Assembly (NCBI GenBank): GCA_963735805.1
Contig: CAVTMK010000003.1
Location: forward strand, 160,001 to 224,000
Direction of reading: 5' to 3'
From: an uncultured Verrucomicrobiae bacterium
GTDB lineage: Bacteria; Verrucomicrobiota; Verrucomicrobiia; Chthoniobacterales; UBA10450
Length of the DNA stretch: 64,000 bases
Shown: piece after piece, positions 1 to 9,869 of the stretch
Position numbering within the stretch: the stretch's first letter is position 1
How the letters are laid out: each line of letters begins with the position of its first letter
The notes under the pieces: model-generated
The model's database searches: none
Told to the model about the DNA's origin: nothing
The model's input: the letters and a program-made list of their open reading frames with translations, nothing else
Translations under genes and position numbers: made by a program

Positions 1-8
1 CTGGCCTG

Positions 9-1643
9 ATGGACTACGGCTTTTATCCATATGACGAGCCGTACGCGCGTCCAAGACGACGCACTAATTATTTTCTATGGACCGTTGCCATTTTGCTTCT
101 GACTGGGTTCGCGTTGGCCGCGTGGCTGGGCACTTTTTACATTTTCAATCAACCGGAACGCCCTGACAGCTACCGGATTCTGCAAAGGCTGCACAAGATC
201 GAGGCACCGAAGCGCTTTGAGCTAACCGCGGCTCCGGCAGGCGAATTTCTAAACCCGCAGCAACTTTACGAGCGTTATTCGGGACTGGGCAACGCTGAGC
301 TCGCCAGAGCGAATGCTGAGCTGGCGCGCAATTATATTCGGAATTACCAACAGGTGCGCGGCCTGGTTCCTTATATCGTAGGCAGATACAGAATCGTTGC
401 GGCAAGAGAGCTAGGACCGGGCGATGTGTTTACCTCTGGGATGGTGGCGTTAACCAATGCGGTCGATAACGGCGAACTACTCATGGAACATCTTTACCCG
501 GCAAATCCGGAGGCACTGCCACTGATGAAACAGACGCTTAATGTTGGCTTGGAACTCAAACTGGAGCGTTCACACGACATTTCTGCGGTGCTTCACGCCG
601 AGCGATTGGCCGACGGCCGAATCATGATCACTGCTGTGCCATTGCTTTACGGTAGCTATACCGTCACGCGTGGCCTTGGTACGTTTCGCCTGGAGCCGCC
701 GCTCAGTCTCAACCTCGCTGCAGGCTGGCCATTGTTTAAGGCGTCTGAACGCAGTGCAATTGAACAGCACTACGCAGAGTACCAGCAAAAGACGGCCGTG
801 GCCCGGGGGGGACCGATTTCCATACCTGGCTTCAGCCCCAGCGTGTCGCCTCCGCCTGCTGCGAATCAATTGGTCCGCATCGAGCAGGCGATTCCCATTG
901 GAAAACCGCCGACTGCGCCAGTGATAGCAAAGAACGAAACACTTGCTAAGCAAACGCCGGCGCCGAAAGGCAGAAGATGGGGCAAGAAACAAAAGCTGGA
1001 GTCTCCATCTCCGGTGTCGACTCCAGCGCAGCCAGTGGTTGCGCAGAAGCCAACTGTGCCAACGTCCACTCCTTTCACGCTTGCGTCCGCAGCGACGCGG
1101 CCAGGCGTTCCTGTGACTAACCCAGCGCCAGCTGTGAACACGTCCAACGTTCCAGCTCCAACTGTCGCCCAGGCCCCATCTGTTTCAACGCCAACACCGG
1201 TACCAGTTCTGCCAGCTCAGGCCGTTCCACCAGACGCCTCCAACGTAGCGTTAGCCTCAAACGCGGGCGGTGGAAGTTGGAAGACTTTTGCGCCGGGCAA
1301 AATGCCTCTTGGCCGGCTCATAGGGACAAGCGATCTGCGTGATGTTGCTGACCACGGGCTTGCCGGTGAACGCGTTTATTTGAAGGGACAATTCGTCGTG
1401 AATTTTTCCGATGCCAACAAGGCAGTTCTGCGTCCTCGCACGAAGTTGACTGACAAGGTGCTGCATTTCGGTGGAGGTTCTTCTACACGTATCATTGTGG
1501 AATTTCCGGCCGGCTATGTACCTCCGCACCAGGGCGCCGAAGTAAGCCGCGATGAGATGCGTCCCTACGAAATCACCGAAGTGCGCAAACAGGGAGACGG
1601 ACAGCTTAACGTTTTTGTGCGCGAGATCATGCAGCCGAAGTAG
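9..1643 (+). CDS. Hypothetical membrane-anchored protein with long Pro/Thr/Ala-rich linker and small C-terminal beta domain
   Basis: 544-aa ORF; basic stretch then TM helix (NYFLWTVAILLLTGFALAAWLGTFYIF); low-complexity linker around aa 270-415. Confidence 0.7.
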   Translation: MDYGFYPYDEPYARPRRRTNYFLWTVAILLLTGFALAAWLGTFYIFNQPERPDSYRILQRLHKIEAPKRFELTAAPAGEFLNPQQLYERYSGLGNAELARANAELARNYIRNYQQVRGLVPYIVGRYRIVAARELGPGDVFTSGMVALTNAVDNGELLMEHLYPANPEALPLMKQTLNVGLELKLERSHDISAVLHAERLADGRIMITAVPLLYGSYTVTRGLGTFRLEPPLSLNLAAGWPLFKASERSAIEQHYAEYQQKTAVARGGPISIPGFSPSVSPPPAANQLVRIEQAIPIGKPPTAPVIAKNETLAKQTPAPKGRRWGKKQKLESPSPVSTPAQPVVAQKPTVPTSTPFTLASAATRPGVPVTNPAPAVNTSNVPAPTVAQAPSVSTPTPVPVLPAQAVPPDASNVALASNAGGGSWKTFAPGKMPLGRLIGTSDLRDVADHGLAGERVYLKGQFVVNFSDANKAVLRPRTKLTDKVLHFGGGSSTRIIVEFPAGYVPPHQGAEVSRDEMRPYEITEVRKQGDGQLNVFVREIMQPK

Positions 1644-1712
1644 TCGATTGCACTGCGGCTAATTGAATGACCGACGGGCCGTCCTGACATTGGCGCGCCA
1701 TGTTAATACTAT

Positions 1713-2384
1713 TTACTCGCTGCGAGATCTTAACACTAACTTGCCATCGCGGATCGCGATCGTGCCGACGCCGGAGTCGTTCCGATATTCAGCGAGATAA
1801 TCTCGCAACCGCTTCGACCGATATTTCCAGTTTAGTAGATCGGTCGGAACGGGCTCGCCATTTACGGTGATGCCTCCAAGCTTGGGATTCTCCAGTGCTT
1901 CCGCGCCTTGTGGTTGCGCTGTGATGTCGCCATTAAAATAATAACTTGAGCGGCCGATAAATTCTCCAAGCGGTACACTCGCCTGGCAACGCAATCGATC
2001 CCCGTCAATCGAGACAAAGACTTTACCGCGCACGTCCTGGTTAGTGGTAATCAAGGTGTTAACCTCGTCCGCTGTCAGCTCGAGTTCGGCGGGTTGACCC
2101 GCCCGGGTTTTTTGCTCGAAATCCTCGCATCGCTCGTGGACGGATTGGATTTGCGCGTCGGAAGCCGTGAATTGAGGTATTGGCACCGGCGTTTGACCAA
2201 TAGCTTGCGCTTTTGCCAGCCAATAAAGACCATGGATAACTGCAGAGTTCCGGTGAAAGCCCCAATACATCCCAGCTAAACAAGCGATTGCCAGCACAAC
2301 TGCAAATACACCAAGGATAAGACAGCCTCGGGCGAAACATCCCAGTCCTCTTCTTGGTGGCGGCGCGTCAACCCAACCGTTCAT
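1713..2384 (-). CDS. Hypothetical single-TM membrane protein
   Basis: 223-aa ORF; RRGLGCFARGCLILGVFAVVLAIAC N-terminal TM; no family recognised. Confidence 0.7.
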   Translation of the reverse strand: MNGWVDAPPPRRGLGCFARGCLILGVFAVVLAIACLAGMYWGFHRNSAVIHGLYWLAKAQAIGQTPVPIPQFTASDAQIQSVHERCEDFEQKTRAGQPAELELTADEVNTLITTNQDVRGKVFVSIDGDRLRCQASVPLGEFIGRSSYYFNGDITAQPQGAEALENPKLGGITVNGEPVPTDLLNWKYRSKRLRDYLAEYRNDSGVGTIAIRDGKLVLRSRSE

Positions 2385-2388
2385 ACAG

Positions 2389-2430
2389 GGTGATTAGTGA
2401 TGAGTGGCGAGTGACTAGTGATAAGTGAAT
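2389..2430. repeat. Degenerate 7-bp tandem repeat (AGTGANN x6), intergenic
   Basis: ggtgatt agtgatg agtggcg agtgact agtgata agtgaat. Confidence 0.7.
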
Positions 2431-2475
2431 CCAATGGATGGTCACAAGTGGAATTTATCAATCGCGGAACATGGA

Positions 2476-2991
2476 TCACGATTGCCCCATTTTCGCCTGC
2501 GCTTCCATCAACTTGTCGTAAAGCGCGCGTAACCCCTCACCAAGAATACGCGTTCCGGCGAGGATCGGCATAAAGTTCGTGTCACCGCTCCACCGCGGGA
2601 CGATGTGAATATGCAGATGATCAACCACACCTGCCCCTGCGCATTCGCCAAGGTTCAATCCAATGTTAAACCCCTTCGCTTTTGTCGCCGCGCGTAAAAG
2701 CGTCTGTGCGTGCACGACCAAGTTCCACAGCTCCACAATCTCATTCTCTCCCAGGGCCGAAAGATCCGCGGCTTTGCGATATGGCACCGCCATCAGATGA
2801 CCGACCGCGTATGGATAACGGTTCATCATCAGGAACGCATTTTTTCGCCGTGTGATCACCAGGTGTGGCGCGTCATCACTCGCCTGCGCCGCCGCGGAAA
2901 GAAAACTCAAGTCGCGCGGTTCCTTCTCGAAATACTCCACTCGCCACGGCGCCCAGAGCGTCTCTAATTCTTTCTTTGGAAATTCGGACAT
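2476..2991 (-). CDS. HIT family hydrolase (Ap4A phosphorylase/FHIT-like)
   Basis: LWAPWR N-terminus, NRYPYAVGHLM, GFNIGLNLG, histidine triad HLHIHIVPRW. Confidence 0.9.
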   Translation of the reverse strand: MSEFPKKELETLWAPWRVEYFEKEPRDLSFLSAAAQASDDAPHLVITRRKNAFLMMNRYPYAVGHLMAVPYRKAADLSALGENEIVELWNLVVHAQTLLRAATKAKGFNIGLNLGECAGAGVVDHLHIHIVPRWSGDTNFMPILAGTRILGEGLRALYDKLMEAQAKMGQS

Positions 2992-3065
2992 TTCAGCCCG
3001 TATCTTACATGACTACTGAAACAAAACGCGATGCAAAATTGTCGTATCCGTGTTCGCCCACAGGC

Positions 3066-3091
3066 GTTGTAGCCGAAGTCGCTGACCTCGA
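3066..3091 (+). repeat. REP-like GTAG-hairpin element, family A copy 1
   Basis: GTTGTAG-CCGAAGTC-GCT-GACCTCGA; similar copies at 18394-18419 and 35166-35189 on the minus strand. Confidence 0.7.
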
Positions 3092-3175
3092 CGGGTCGCG
3101 GCGGCGATTCATTTTCCCGCGGTTTATTCAAGTCTGGATTTAAATCGCAAACCGAATTAGAAGAACGGTATATCC

Positions 3176-3625
3176 ATGAGATCTTGTTCATTACTCGTCG
3201 GATTATTTATGATTGGCTCACTCATGGCGGCAGACGAAGATAAGGGCGAGATCAGCAAGGATCTTATGGCGTTACAAGGAACGTGGAGATTGGTAGCCGG
3301 AGAAATCGGCGGCCGGAAGATGACCGCAGAGGAACTCAAGGAATCAAAGCTGGTTTTCCAAGGGGATCGCTATACGGTCCGCCGCGGGAACGGGCCGACA
3401 GTCACAGGCTCCGCTGTAATAAACTCGACCAAACACCCTAACACCATCGACATCACTGACGCCGACGGTCCATACAAGGGCGAGACGCTACTGGGGATCT
3501 ACGCACTCAACGACGACGAATTTACGGAGTGCTTCTCATCTCCGGGGGAAGCGCGGCCGGCGAATTTCGCCACAAAGACAGGAACCACCCAGTTCCTTCA
3601 CGTCTGGAAACACGTGAAGGACTAG
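3176..3625 (+). CDS. TIGR03067-like exported protein (PVC-type)
   Basis: Signal peptide; DLMALQGTW, INSTKHPNTIDI, LGIYAL...ECF...RPANF motifs. Confidence 0.8.
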   Translation: MRSCSLLVGLFMIGSLMAADEDKGEISKDLMALQGTWRLVAGEIGGRKMTAEELKESKLVFQGDRYTVRRGNGPTVTGSAVINSTKHPNTIDITDADGPYKGETLLGIYALNDDEFTECFSSPGEARPANFATKTGTTQFLHVWKHVKD

Positions 3626-3746
3626 GCCTCTCTGTCCTTAGCCAAAACGGGACCCAAGTAGACGACCTGCGCAAGTTTTCCGTAGCATCGAATGACATTG
3701 ACGGCACACCCACGTTCGCGGAAGACCCTGCAATTATTGGCGCGAG

Positions 3747-4166
3747 ATGAAGAGCGCGACGTTCGCGATCAAAGCCGAGGTTAGCGATCCGCGGGCGCAG
3801 ACTTTCGCGTTCAGCGCGCAGAAGACGATGTATGGCGGCAAGCAAATCGGCAAAGGCGATACTATCTTCGTCTTCGCGAGTGAGAACGAAGGTGGCCCCG
3901 GTCTCATCGCCAGCGGCGTCGTTACCTCAACCACAGCGATTGCAAAAAAGCCCGGGATCACCCGGCAAACGCCGCGAGTGAGCATTACCATCAGACGCAC
4001 CGCGCGCGCGAAGCGGCCCTTGGGACGGAGCGACCTCAAACCTTTTACCGACTGGACCGACGGTCGACCCGAGACCGAGCTCAATTTCAAATTTTATCGT
4101 CAGGCAACGAACAAGATTGTCGGCATCTCGGATGAAACGGCCGCATTCCTCCGCGGATTCTTTTGA
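3747..4166 (+). CDS. Hypothetical protein with EVE/PUA-like pattern
   Basis: FAIKAE...GDTIFVFAS...PGLIASGVV...RPLGRSDLK...ISDETAAFL follows the order of EVE-domain motifs. Confidence 0.6.
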   Translation: MKSATFAIKAEVSDPRAQTFAFSAQKTMYGGKQIGKGDTIFVFASENEGGPGLIASGVVTSTTAIAKKPGITRQTPRVSITIRRTARAKRPLGRSDLKPFTDWTDGRPETELNFKFYRQATNKIVGISDETAAFLRGFF

Positions 4167-4183
4167 GGACGGCAGATTTCTAC

Positions 4184-4864
4184 ATGTCGAAAGTCGCCTA
4201 TGAAACGCGAATAGCGGAGCGCTTTGCTAACTGGTTGTCAGGTCACACCGGGCGACTGCACACCGTGAGGTGCGGGCCGAATCCCCCTGATTTTCTACTC
4301 TCCTCGGGAACATGGCTCGAACTGACTGATATTTATCTCAGCAACGAAGAGGCAAAATTTGAGAACTCACATTGGGAAAAAACGTTCAGTTTCAATTGCT
4401 CGCCAAACGAGCCGGCTCTCAGGCTATTGCAAAAGCTTAATCAGAAGCTGGCTAAGACAAGCTATCGAGAAATCTACGAGCGAAAAGGTCGAGGCATTCT
4501 CTTATTGACCTGCCAAGATTCATTCTTTGACGAGGTGAATCTGGCTCACGTTCACCAAGCTTTAGAGTCATTTCTTCCGACATCTGATCAAGGTTTTTTC
4601 AAGATTGCTTATTTCGAATATGGGTTGGATGGACGCCGATTTTATGACCCTATTTACCCCACGCGGCTTACGGTGAGCCCGTTGGGAGAAATTCCTGCAC
4701 GATCAGGAATGGATTCAAATCAAGAAGAAGACAGGCGAAATGAACGGCCCCCTCGTCGGAGAAATCCAGGATCGCACCTTGTATCTCACAGATTATTCAC
4801 CGCGCCAGATATTAGCAAAATGAGGCGGATCGTCGCATCGCCAGCGCTCGATCGAGCCCGTTAA
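4184..4864 (+). CDS. Hypothetical protein, putative PD-(D/E)xK nuclease-like fold
   Basis: Helix YETRIAERF, PPDF, WLELTD, later KLAKTSY and GILLLT strand; ATG at 4184 (TTG at 4163 overlaps upstream stop). Confidence 0.5.
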   Translation: MSKVAYETRIAERFANWLSGHTGRLHTVRCGPNPPDFLLSSGTWLELTDIYLSNEEAKFENSHWEKTFSFNCSPNEPALRLLQKLNQKLAKTSYREIYERKGRGILLLTCQDSFFDEVNLAHVHQALESFLPTSDQGFFKIAYFEYGLDGRRFYDPIYPTRLTVSPLGEIPARSGMDSNQEEDRRNERPPRRRNPGSHLVSHRLFTAPDISKMRRIVASPALDRAR

Positions 4865-4897
4865 AACTGCGCACGAAAAATATTTGAAAAAAAGCAC

Positions 4898-4933
4898 TTG
4901 CATCTGATCTGGTGTTATAGTTAACTATATCAC
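4898..4933 (+). promoter_or_regulatory. Promoter region with 22-bp palindromic YtrA-type operator (4912-4933)
   Basis: GTGTTATAGTTAACTATATCAC is self-complementary except one pair; TTGCAT -35-like hexamer at 4898; directly upstream of a YtrA-subfamily GntR. Confidence 0.75.
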
Positions 4934-4994
4934 TATATGAGACAGGTCAGCAATCAGCGGGAGCACGCGTGGTCGCGGGCGTTTGGAGCACAGG

Positions 4995-5375
4995 ATGAAT
5001 CGTGAATGGAATGACAATCAGCCAATTTATCGACAGCTTCGTGACCGTGTCGTCCATATGATACTCGATGGCGTGCTCAAAGAAGGCGACCCCCTACCCT
5101 CGGTCCGCAATGTCGCCGCCGAATATCGCGTCAATCCGCTGACTGTGCTCAAGGCTTATCAGGAATTGGTTGATGAGCAGTTGGTCGAAAAGCGCCGCGG
5201 TCTCGGCATGTTTGTCAAAGAAGGCGCTCACAAACCACTGCTGCAGGGCGAACGCGAGAAATTTCTTTCCGAACATTGGCCCAGAGTTCACGCAACCATT
5301 CAACGGCTCGGTCTTAAACCCAAAGAGTTGCTCGATGCCGCGGCCCGCAGTTCAAATAAAAAGGAGGATCGCTAA
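4995..5375 (+). CDS. GntR family regulator, YtrA subfamily
   Basis: PIYRQL...GDPLPSVRNVA...VNPLTVLKAYQEL...RRGLGMFV; short C-terminus; followed by ABC ATPase. Confidence 0.92.
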   Translation: MNREWNDNQPIYRQLRDRVVHMILDGVLKEGDPLPSVRNVAAEYRVNPLTVLKAYQELVDEQLVEKRRGLGMFVKEGAHKPLLQGEREKFLSEHWPRVHATIQRLGLKPKELLDAAARSSNKKEDR

Positions 5376-5379
5376 GGCT

Positions 5380-6285
5380 ATGGCAACCATAGAAGCGCGA
5401 GGGCTCCGCAAGGTGTTCGGTACAACTGTGGCGCTCGATGGCATCGACCTTCATGTCGAACAAGGGCGCATCCTTGGAATGATCGGTCCCAACGGCGCCG
5501 GCAAGACCACAGCGCTCAATGCAATTCTTGGCCTCACTTCGTATGAGGGAACATTGAAAGTCCTTGGTCGTGACCCGTGGGCAGAGCGCGATCAGCTAAT
5601 GCGGGATGTTTCCTTTATTGCGGATGTTGCAGTGCTGCCGCGCTGGGCACGCGTTTCGCAGCTACTTGACTACATCGCCGGCGTGCATCCGCGATTCGAT
5701 CGTGCCAAAGCTGAGACTTTTCTTGCTAAGACCTCCATCAAGCGCACCAGCAGGGTAAGACAACTATCAAAGGGCATGGTGGCTCAGTTGCATCTCGCGG
5801 TAGTGATGGCAATCGACGCGAAATTGCTGGTGCTCGATGAACCGACGCTTGGCCTGGACATTCTTTATCGCAAACAGTTCTACGACTCGCTTCTGAACGA
5901 TTACTTCGATCATAGCCGGACCATCGTGATAACGACGCATCAGGTGGAAGAAGTTCAGGACGTACTCACCGATCTCATGTTTATCAACCGCGGTCGGATC
6001 GTTCTCGAATGCAGCATGGAGGAATTCGAGTCGCGTTATGTGGAAGTGATGGTGAACCCTGATTACATCGCCGCAGCGCGCGCGCTCAAGCCGATTCACG
6101 AGCGCCCTCTCTTCGGCCGCAGCGTCCTGCTGTTCGATCGTGTAAACCGCGACCAACTGGCAGTCTTCGGCGAAATGCGCAGGCCAAGCGTCGCCGACCT
6201 TTTTGTGGCGGTTATGAGCAATAGCACCGGCGAAACGCCCCCGCCATTACCTAAGTCTACAGTAACCGCACCAGGGAGGAGCTAA
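5380..6285 (+). CDS. ABC transporter ATP-binding protein (YtrB-like)
   Basis: Walker A GPNGAGKT, signature LSKGM, Walker B LLVLDEPTLGLD; ATG 5380 downstream of AAGGAGG. Confidence 0.92.
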   Translation: MATIEARGLRKVFGTTVALDGIDLHVEQGRILGMIGPNGAGKTTALNAILGLTSYEGTLKVLGRDPWAERDQLMRDVSFIADVAVLPRWARVSQLLDYIAGVHPRFDRAKAETFLAKTSIKRTSRVRQLSKGMVAQLHLAVVMAIDAKLLVLDEPTLGLDILYRKQFYDSLLNDYFDHSRTIVITTHQVEEVQDVLTDLMFINRGRIVLECSMEEFESRYVEVMVNPDYIAAARALKPIHERPLFGRSVLLFDRVNRDQLAVFGEMRRPSVADLFVAVMSNSTGETPPPLPKSTVTAPGRS

Positions 6286-6290
6286 ACTAG

Positions 6291-7217
6291 ATGAATACTT
6301 CATCGGATAACACGCGTGAGTCTGCCGAAGCCAGCAAACCCGGCTCCGATGTCGTTGCGACTCGACCGTTGTATTGGTCGGTCCGACGCGAATTATGGGA
6401 GAACCGTTCAATCTACGTTGCGCCACTGATTGTCGCCTTGTTCGTGCTGTTCGGCTTTCTGGTCAGCACGATTGGTATGGCACACCGCAGGGAGGCCGTA
6501 CTGTCCCTCGACCCCGCACACCAGCGAGCTGTTATAGGAGTGCCATACGACGTGGCCGCGATGATGTTAATCTTTACCGCGTTCATCGTCGGCGTGTTCT
6601 ACTGCCTCGACGCGCTGCACAGCGAACGCCGAGATCGCAGCATTCTGTTCTGGAAGTCGTTACCAGTTTCGGACCTTACCACCGTTCTCTCGAAGGCAAG
6701 CGTTCCATTTGTGATCCTCCCGGTGATCATTTTCGCCACGATTGTTATTGTGCAGTTTCTGATGCTGCTGTGGAGCAGCGCAGTCCTGCTATCGAGCGGT
6801 CTGGCCGGGACGACATGGACACGTTTCAACCTGTTCCAACAATCGTTGATACTCGTCTACAGCCTGGTTGTCATCGTGCTCTGGCATGCGCCCATTTACG
6901 GGTGGGCACTGCTGATTTCCGGATGGGCGAGGCGCGCAACGTTTCTCTGGGCGGTGTTGCCGTTCCTTGCGATCGGTGTTCTCGAGAAGGTTGCTTTCGA
7001 CACTTCGCATTTCGCATCGATGCTGAAAAATCGCGTATTCGGAGCCGGTGACACGGCTTTCGCCTTCCAGCCACATCGCGGCATCGCAATCGATTCACTG
7101 GCTCAACTCACACCCGGGCGATATTTGGCCACGCCGGGTCTCTGGATCGGACTGGCGTTCGCTGCCGCATTTGTGGCGATAGCAGTGCGACAACGCCGCT
7201 ATCGAGGACCTATTTGA
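6291..7217 (+). CDS. ABC-2 type permease
   Basis: About 6 TM segments; ERRDRSILFWKSLPVSD motif; follows ATPase. Confidence 0.85.
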   Translation: MNTSSDNTRESAEASKPGSDVVATRPLYWSVRRELWENRSIYVAPLIVALFVLFGFLVSTIGMAHRREAVLSLDPAHQRAVIGVPYDVAAMMLIFTAFIVGVFYCLDALHSERRDRSILFWKSLPVSDLTTVLSKASVPFVILPVIIFATIVIVQFLMLLWSSAVLLSSGLAGTTWTRFNLFQQSLILVYSLVVIVLWHAPIYGWALLISGWARRATFLWAVLPFLAIGVLEKVAFDTSHFASMLKNRVFGAGDTAFAFQPHRGIAIDSLAQLTPGRYLATPGLWIGLAFAAAFVAIAVRQRRYRGPI

Positions 7218-7266
7218 TTCGAATGACGGGTGACAAAATAACGCCGACATAACCGCATAACCAGCC

Positions 7267-7980
7267 ATGCATCCAGCCAAAAAAGCCGGCCGCATCGCCG
7301 GCGCAATCTACGCGTCAATGGTGTTCGTTGGGCCGTTCAGCCTGATCTACGTGCCTGACAAATTGATCGTCCGCGGCGATGCCACGGCGACAGCGGCAAA
7401 TGTACTAAATCATGAGAGTATGTTTCGGCTTTGGATCATCGGCGATCTTTGGATGCCGGTAATTTTCATCTGCCTGGGGGTCGCGCTTTACAATTTGCTT
7501 AGCGGCGTCAGCAAGCCTTGGGCGCTGCTGATGCTCAGTTTCGTCCTCGTTTCCGCTGCTGTCGGTTTTCTGGATACGTTGAACAATATCGCCGCCGACC
7601 TTCTGTTTCGCGGCGCGGACTTCTTGAGTGTTATCGATAAAACTCAGCGCGACGCGCTCGGCATGCTCTTTATCCGGTTGCACAGCAAGGGAACGTTTAT
7701 CAACGAACTGTTTTGGGGTCTGTGGCTCTTTCCGTTTGGTCTTCTCGTCTATCGCTCCGGATTTTTACCGCGCTGGATTGGAGTCTGGCTCATGATCAAC
7801 TGTTTCGCTTACGTGATCCTCAGTCCCATCGCGTTGTTCTTTCCAGTCTACTACGGCACTGCATTTAAACTCGCGCAGCCCGTCTTATTCGGCGAACTGG
7901 CAATCATGCTGTGGCTTCTCATCAAAGGCGCAAAGGTCGCATCGCTTGCCACTCCCACAGCGCAGATGAATACCGCATGA
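7267..7980 (+). CDS. DUF4386 family membrane protein
   Basis: GRIAGAIY, LIVRGDATATAANV, FWGLWLFPFGLLVYRSGFLPRWIG, GELAIMLWLLIKG. Confidence 0.8.
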   Translation: MHPAKKAGRIAGAIYASMVFVGPFSLIYVPDKLIVRGDATATAANVLNHESMFRLWIIGDLWMPVIFICLGVALYNLLSGVSKPWALLMLSFVLVSAAVGFLDTLNNIAADLLFRGADFLSVIDKTQRDALGMLFIRLHSKGTFINELFWGLWLFPFGLLVYRSGFLPRWIGVWLMINCFAYVILSPIALFFPVYYGTAFKLAQPVLFGELAIMLWLLIKGAKVASLATPTAQMNTA

Positions 7981-8744
7981 ACAGGATCGACAATTCACAA
8001 CGCATAGCGGCAAAAGTCGCCGGTGTTACTGGTTTGATTGCGTTCGTGATTGTCATTTTTGGAAATTATGCGCTGCTAAACCCTCTCGTTGTTCCGGGCA
8101 ATGCCGTGGAAACCGCCCGCAATTTCTCCGCGCACCAAACTCAAGTTCGATTAGCGGTCACATGTTTCCTCACTTACGGCGTATGCGTCTTCGTTCTGCT
8201 GTCCGCACTTTACGTGGTTCTGAAACCGATCGACCGAATGCTTGCATTGATGGGAGCAATCTTCCGCCTGGTGTTCGGACTGCTGTGGCTGTTTACCACA
8301 CTAAATCTACTTGGCGCGCTTCGGCTCGTCGGCAACGCAACTTACTTGCAAGTTTTCGAAGCAGACCATTTACAGGTGCTGGCCAGGTTGCAGATCGCAG
8401 CGAGCTTTGACGACTATTACGTCGGCCTGCCATTCTTCAGCTTAGCCGCTACTATCTGTGCCTATCTGTGGTTCAAGTCGAGCTACATCCCAAAAAGTCT
8501 GGCTGCTTTTGGTGTGATTGCGTCTGCGTGGTGCGTGATCTGTGCCTTTGTTTTCCTAATTTTCCCAGGCTTCGACAAGACAGTTAACGCATACTGGTTC
8601 GATTCGCCGATGGCTATCTTCGAACTGATCTTGAGCGTCTGGCTGTTAGCTAAAGGGATCCGAACATCAAATTCTGAGAAAGCGGACCATATTGCAGATG
8701 GCGCTAGGGAATCCGCTTCGCTGCGCTTACCCGTGTTTCTTTAG
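7977..8744 (+). CDS. DUF4386 family membrane protein (second paralog)
   Basis: ATGA overlap with upstream stop; LVVPGNAVETARN, YLWFKSSYIPK, FELILSVWLLAKG. Confidence 0.78.
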   Translation: MNRIDNSQRIAAKVAGVTGLIAFVIVIFGNYALLNPLVVPGNAVETARNFSAHQTQVRLAVTCFLTYGVCVFVLLSALYVVLKPIDRMLALMGAIFRLVFGLLWLFTTLNLLGALRLVGNATYLQVFEADHLQVLARLQIAASFDDYYVGLPFFSLAATICAYLWFKSSYIPKSLAAFGVIASAWCVICAFVFLIFPGFDKTVNAYWFDSPMAIFELILSVWLLAKGIRTSNSEKADHIADGARESASLRLPVFL

Positions 8745-8748
8745 CTCT

Positions 8749-9852
8749 ATGAAGCTAAAGCGCATATTGAAATGGACTGCGATCGTTATCCTACTGGCGT
8801 TGATCGTGTGGGGTTTCACGGCCTATTGGACTTCGACGAATGACTGCAACGCTGCAGCTCCGAATAACCCCATGAAAGCCGTGCGTTATTGTGAATACGG
8901 TTCGCCGGATGTCGCCAAGCTCAAGGAGGTTGAAAAGCCGGTCCCGAATGACAACCAGGTCTTGATTAAAGTTCGGGCGGCTTCACTTAATGCATTTGAC
9001 GTCTACGTGACCCGCGATTCTTGGTTGGGTCGCTTGATCTTCGGATTGCGCAAACCAAGAGACACTCGCCTTGGCCAAGACGTCGCCGGCCAGGTGGAAG
9101 CGACCGGCAAAAACGTAACCCAATTCAAATCCGGGGACGAGGTGTTCGGCATCTCTCGCGGCGCTCTGGCCGAGTATGCGTGTACCCCCGAGCGAGCAGT
9201 GGTCATGAAGCCGCCCAAACTCTCGTTTGAGCAAGCCGCTTCAATTCCGTTGGCCGGACTTACTGCGTTGCAGGGCCTCCGGGAAGGAAAAATTCACCCC
9301 GGGCTAAAAGTATTGATCAACGGCGCGACCGGAGGTGTAGGAACATTTGCCGTGCAAATCGCCAAATCTCTTGGCGCAGAGGTCACAGCCGTTTGCAGCA
9401 CGCGCAATGTCGATCTTGTCCGATCACTTGGCGCCGATCACGTGATCGATTACACAAAAGAGGATTTCACCAAGAGCGACCAGCGTTACGACGTGATCTT
9501 CGATAACGTCGCCAACCATTCCTTCGCCGAACGCCGTCGCGTGCTGAATCCAAAAGGCATCTGCGTTTTGGCCGGCATCGGTGGTGCCGGGGTAGGAGGG
9601 GGTGAGGCTCTTGGACGCATAGCTGGCAACATTTTCACTGCCCGCGCGCGCTCATCATTTACGGATCAAAAGTTCGCTCAGTACCGCACCAAAACAAGCA
9701 AAGACGACCTCATCATGCTCGCCAACCTAATACAGACGGGAAAGATTAAACCGGTCATCGAGCGAACTTACAAGTTAACTGACGCCCCGGAAGCTCTTCG
9801 TTACCTCAATGAAGGACATGCCAAAGGAAAGATACTAATCACTGTGGAATAA
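8749..9852 (+). CDS. NAD(P)-dependent MDR oxidoreductase (quinone reductase-like) with N-terminal TM anchor
   Basis: VLIKVRAASLN, GQDVAG, INGATGGVGTFAVQIAK, LGADHVIDY, GHAKGKI; no Zn-binding Cys cluster. Confidence 0.9.
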   Translation: MKLKRILKWTAIVILLALIVWGFTAYWTSTNDCNAAAPNNPMKAVRYCEYGSPDVAKLKEVEKPVPNDNQVLIKVRAASLNAFDVYVTRDSWLGRLIFGLRKPRDTRLGQDVAGQVEATGKNVTQFKSGDEVFGISRGALAEYACTPERAVVMKPPKLSFEQAASIPLAGLTALQGLREGKIHPGLKVLINGATGGVGTFAVQIAKSLGAEVTAVCSTRNVDLVRSLGADHVIDYTKEDFTKSDQRYDVIFDNVANHSFAERRRVLNPKGICVLAGIGGAGVGGGEALGRIAGNIFTARARSSFTDQKFAQYRTKTSKDDLIMLANLIQTGKIKPVIERTYKLTDAPEALRYLNEGHAKGKILITVE

Positions 9853-9869
9853 CACGGCAGGAAAACGAT

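Noticed and set aside
5170..5379. Long N-terminal extensions in the ORF track (also 26241-26342, 35909-36193, 42239-42481)
   Set aside because: They overlap neighbouring genes or promoter DNA; downstream ATGs match the family start
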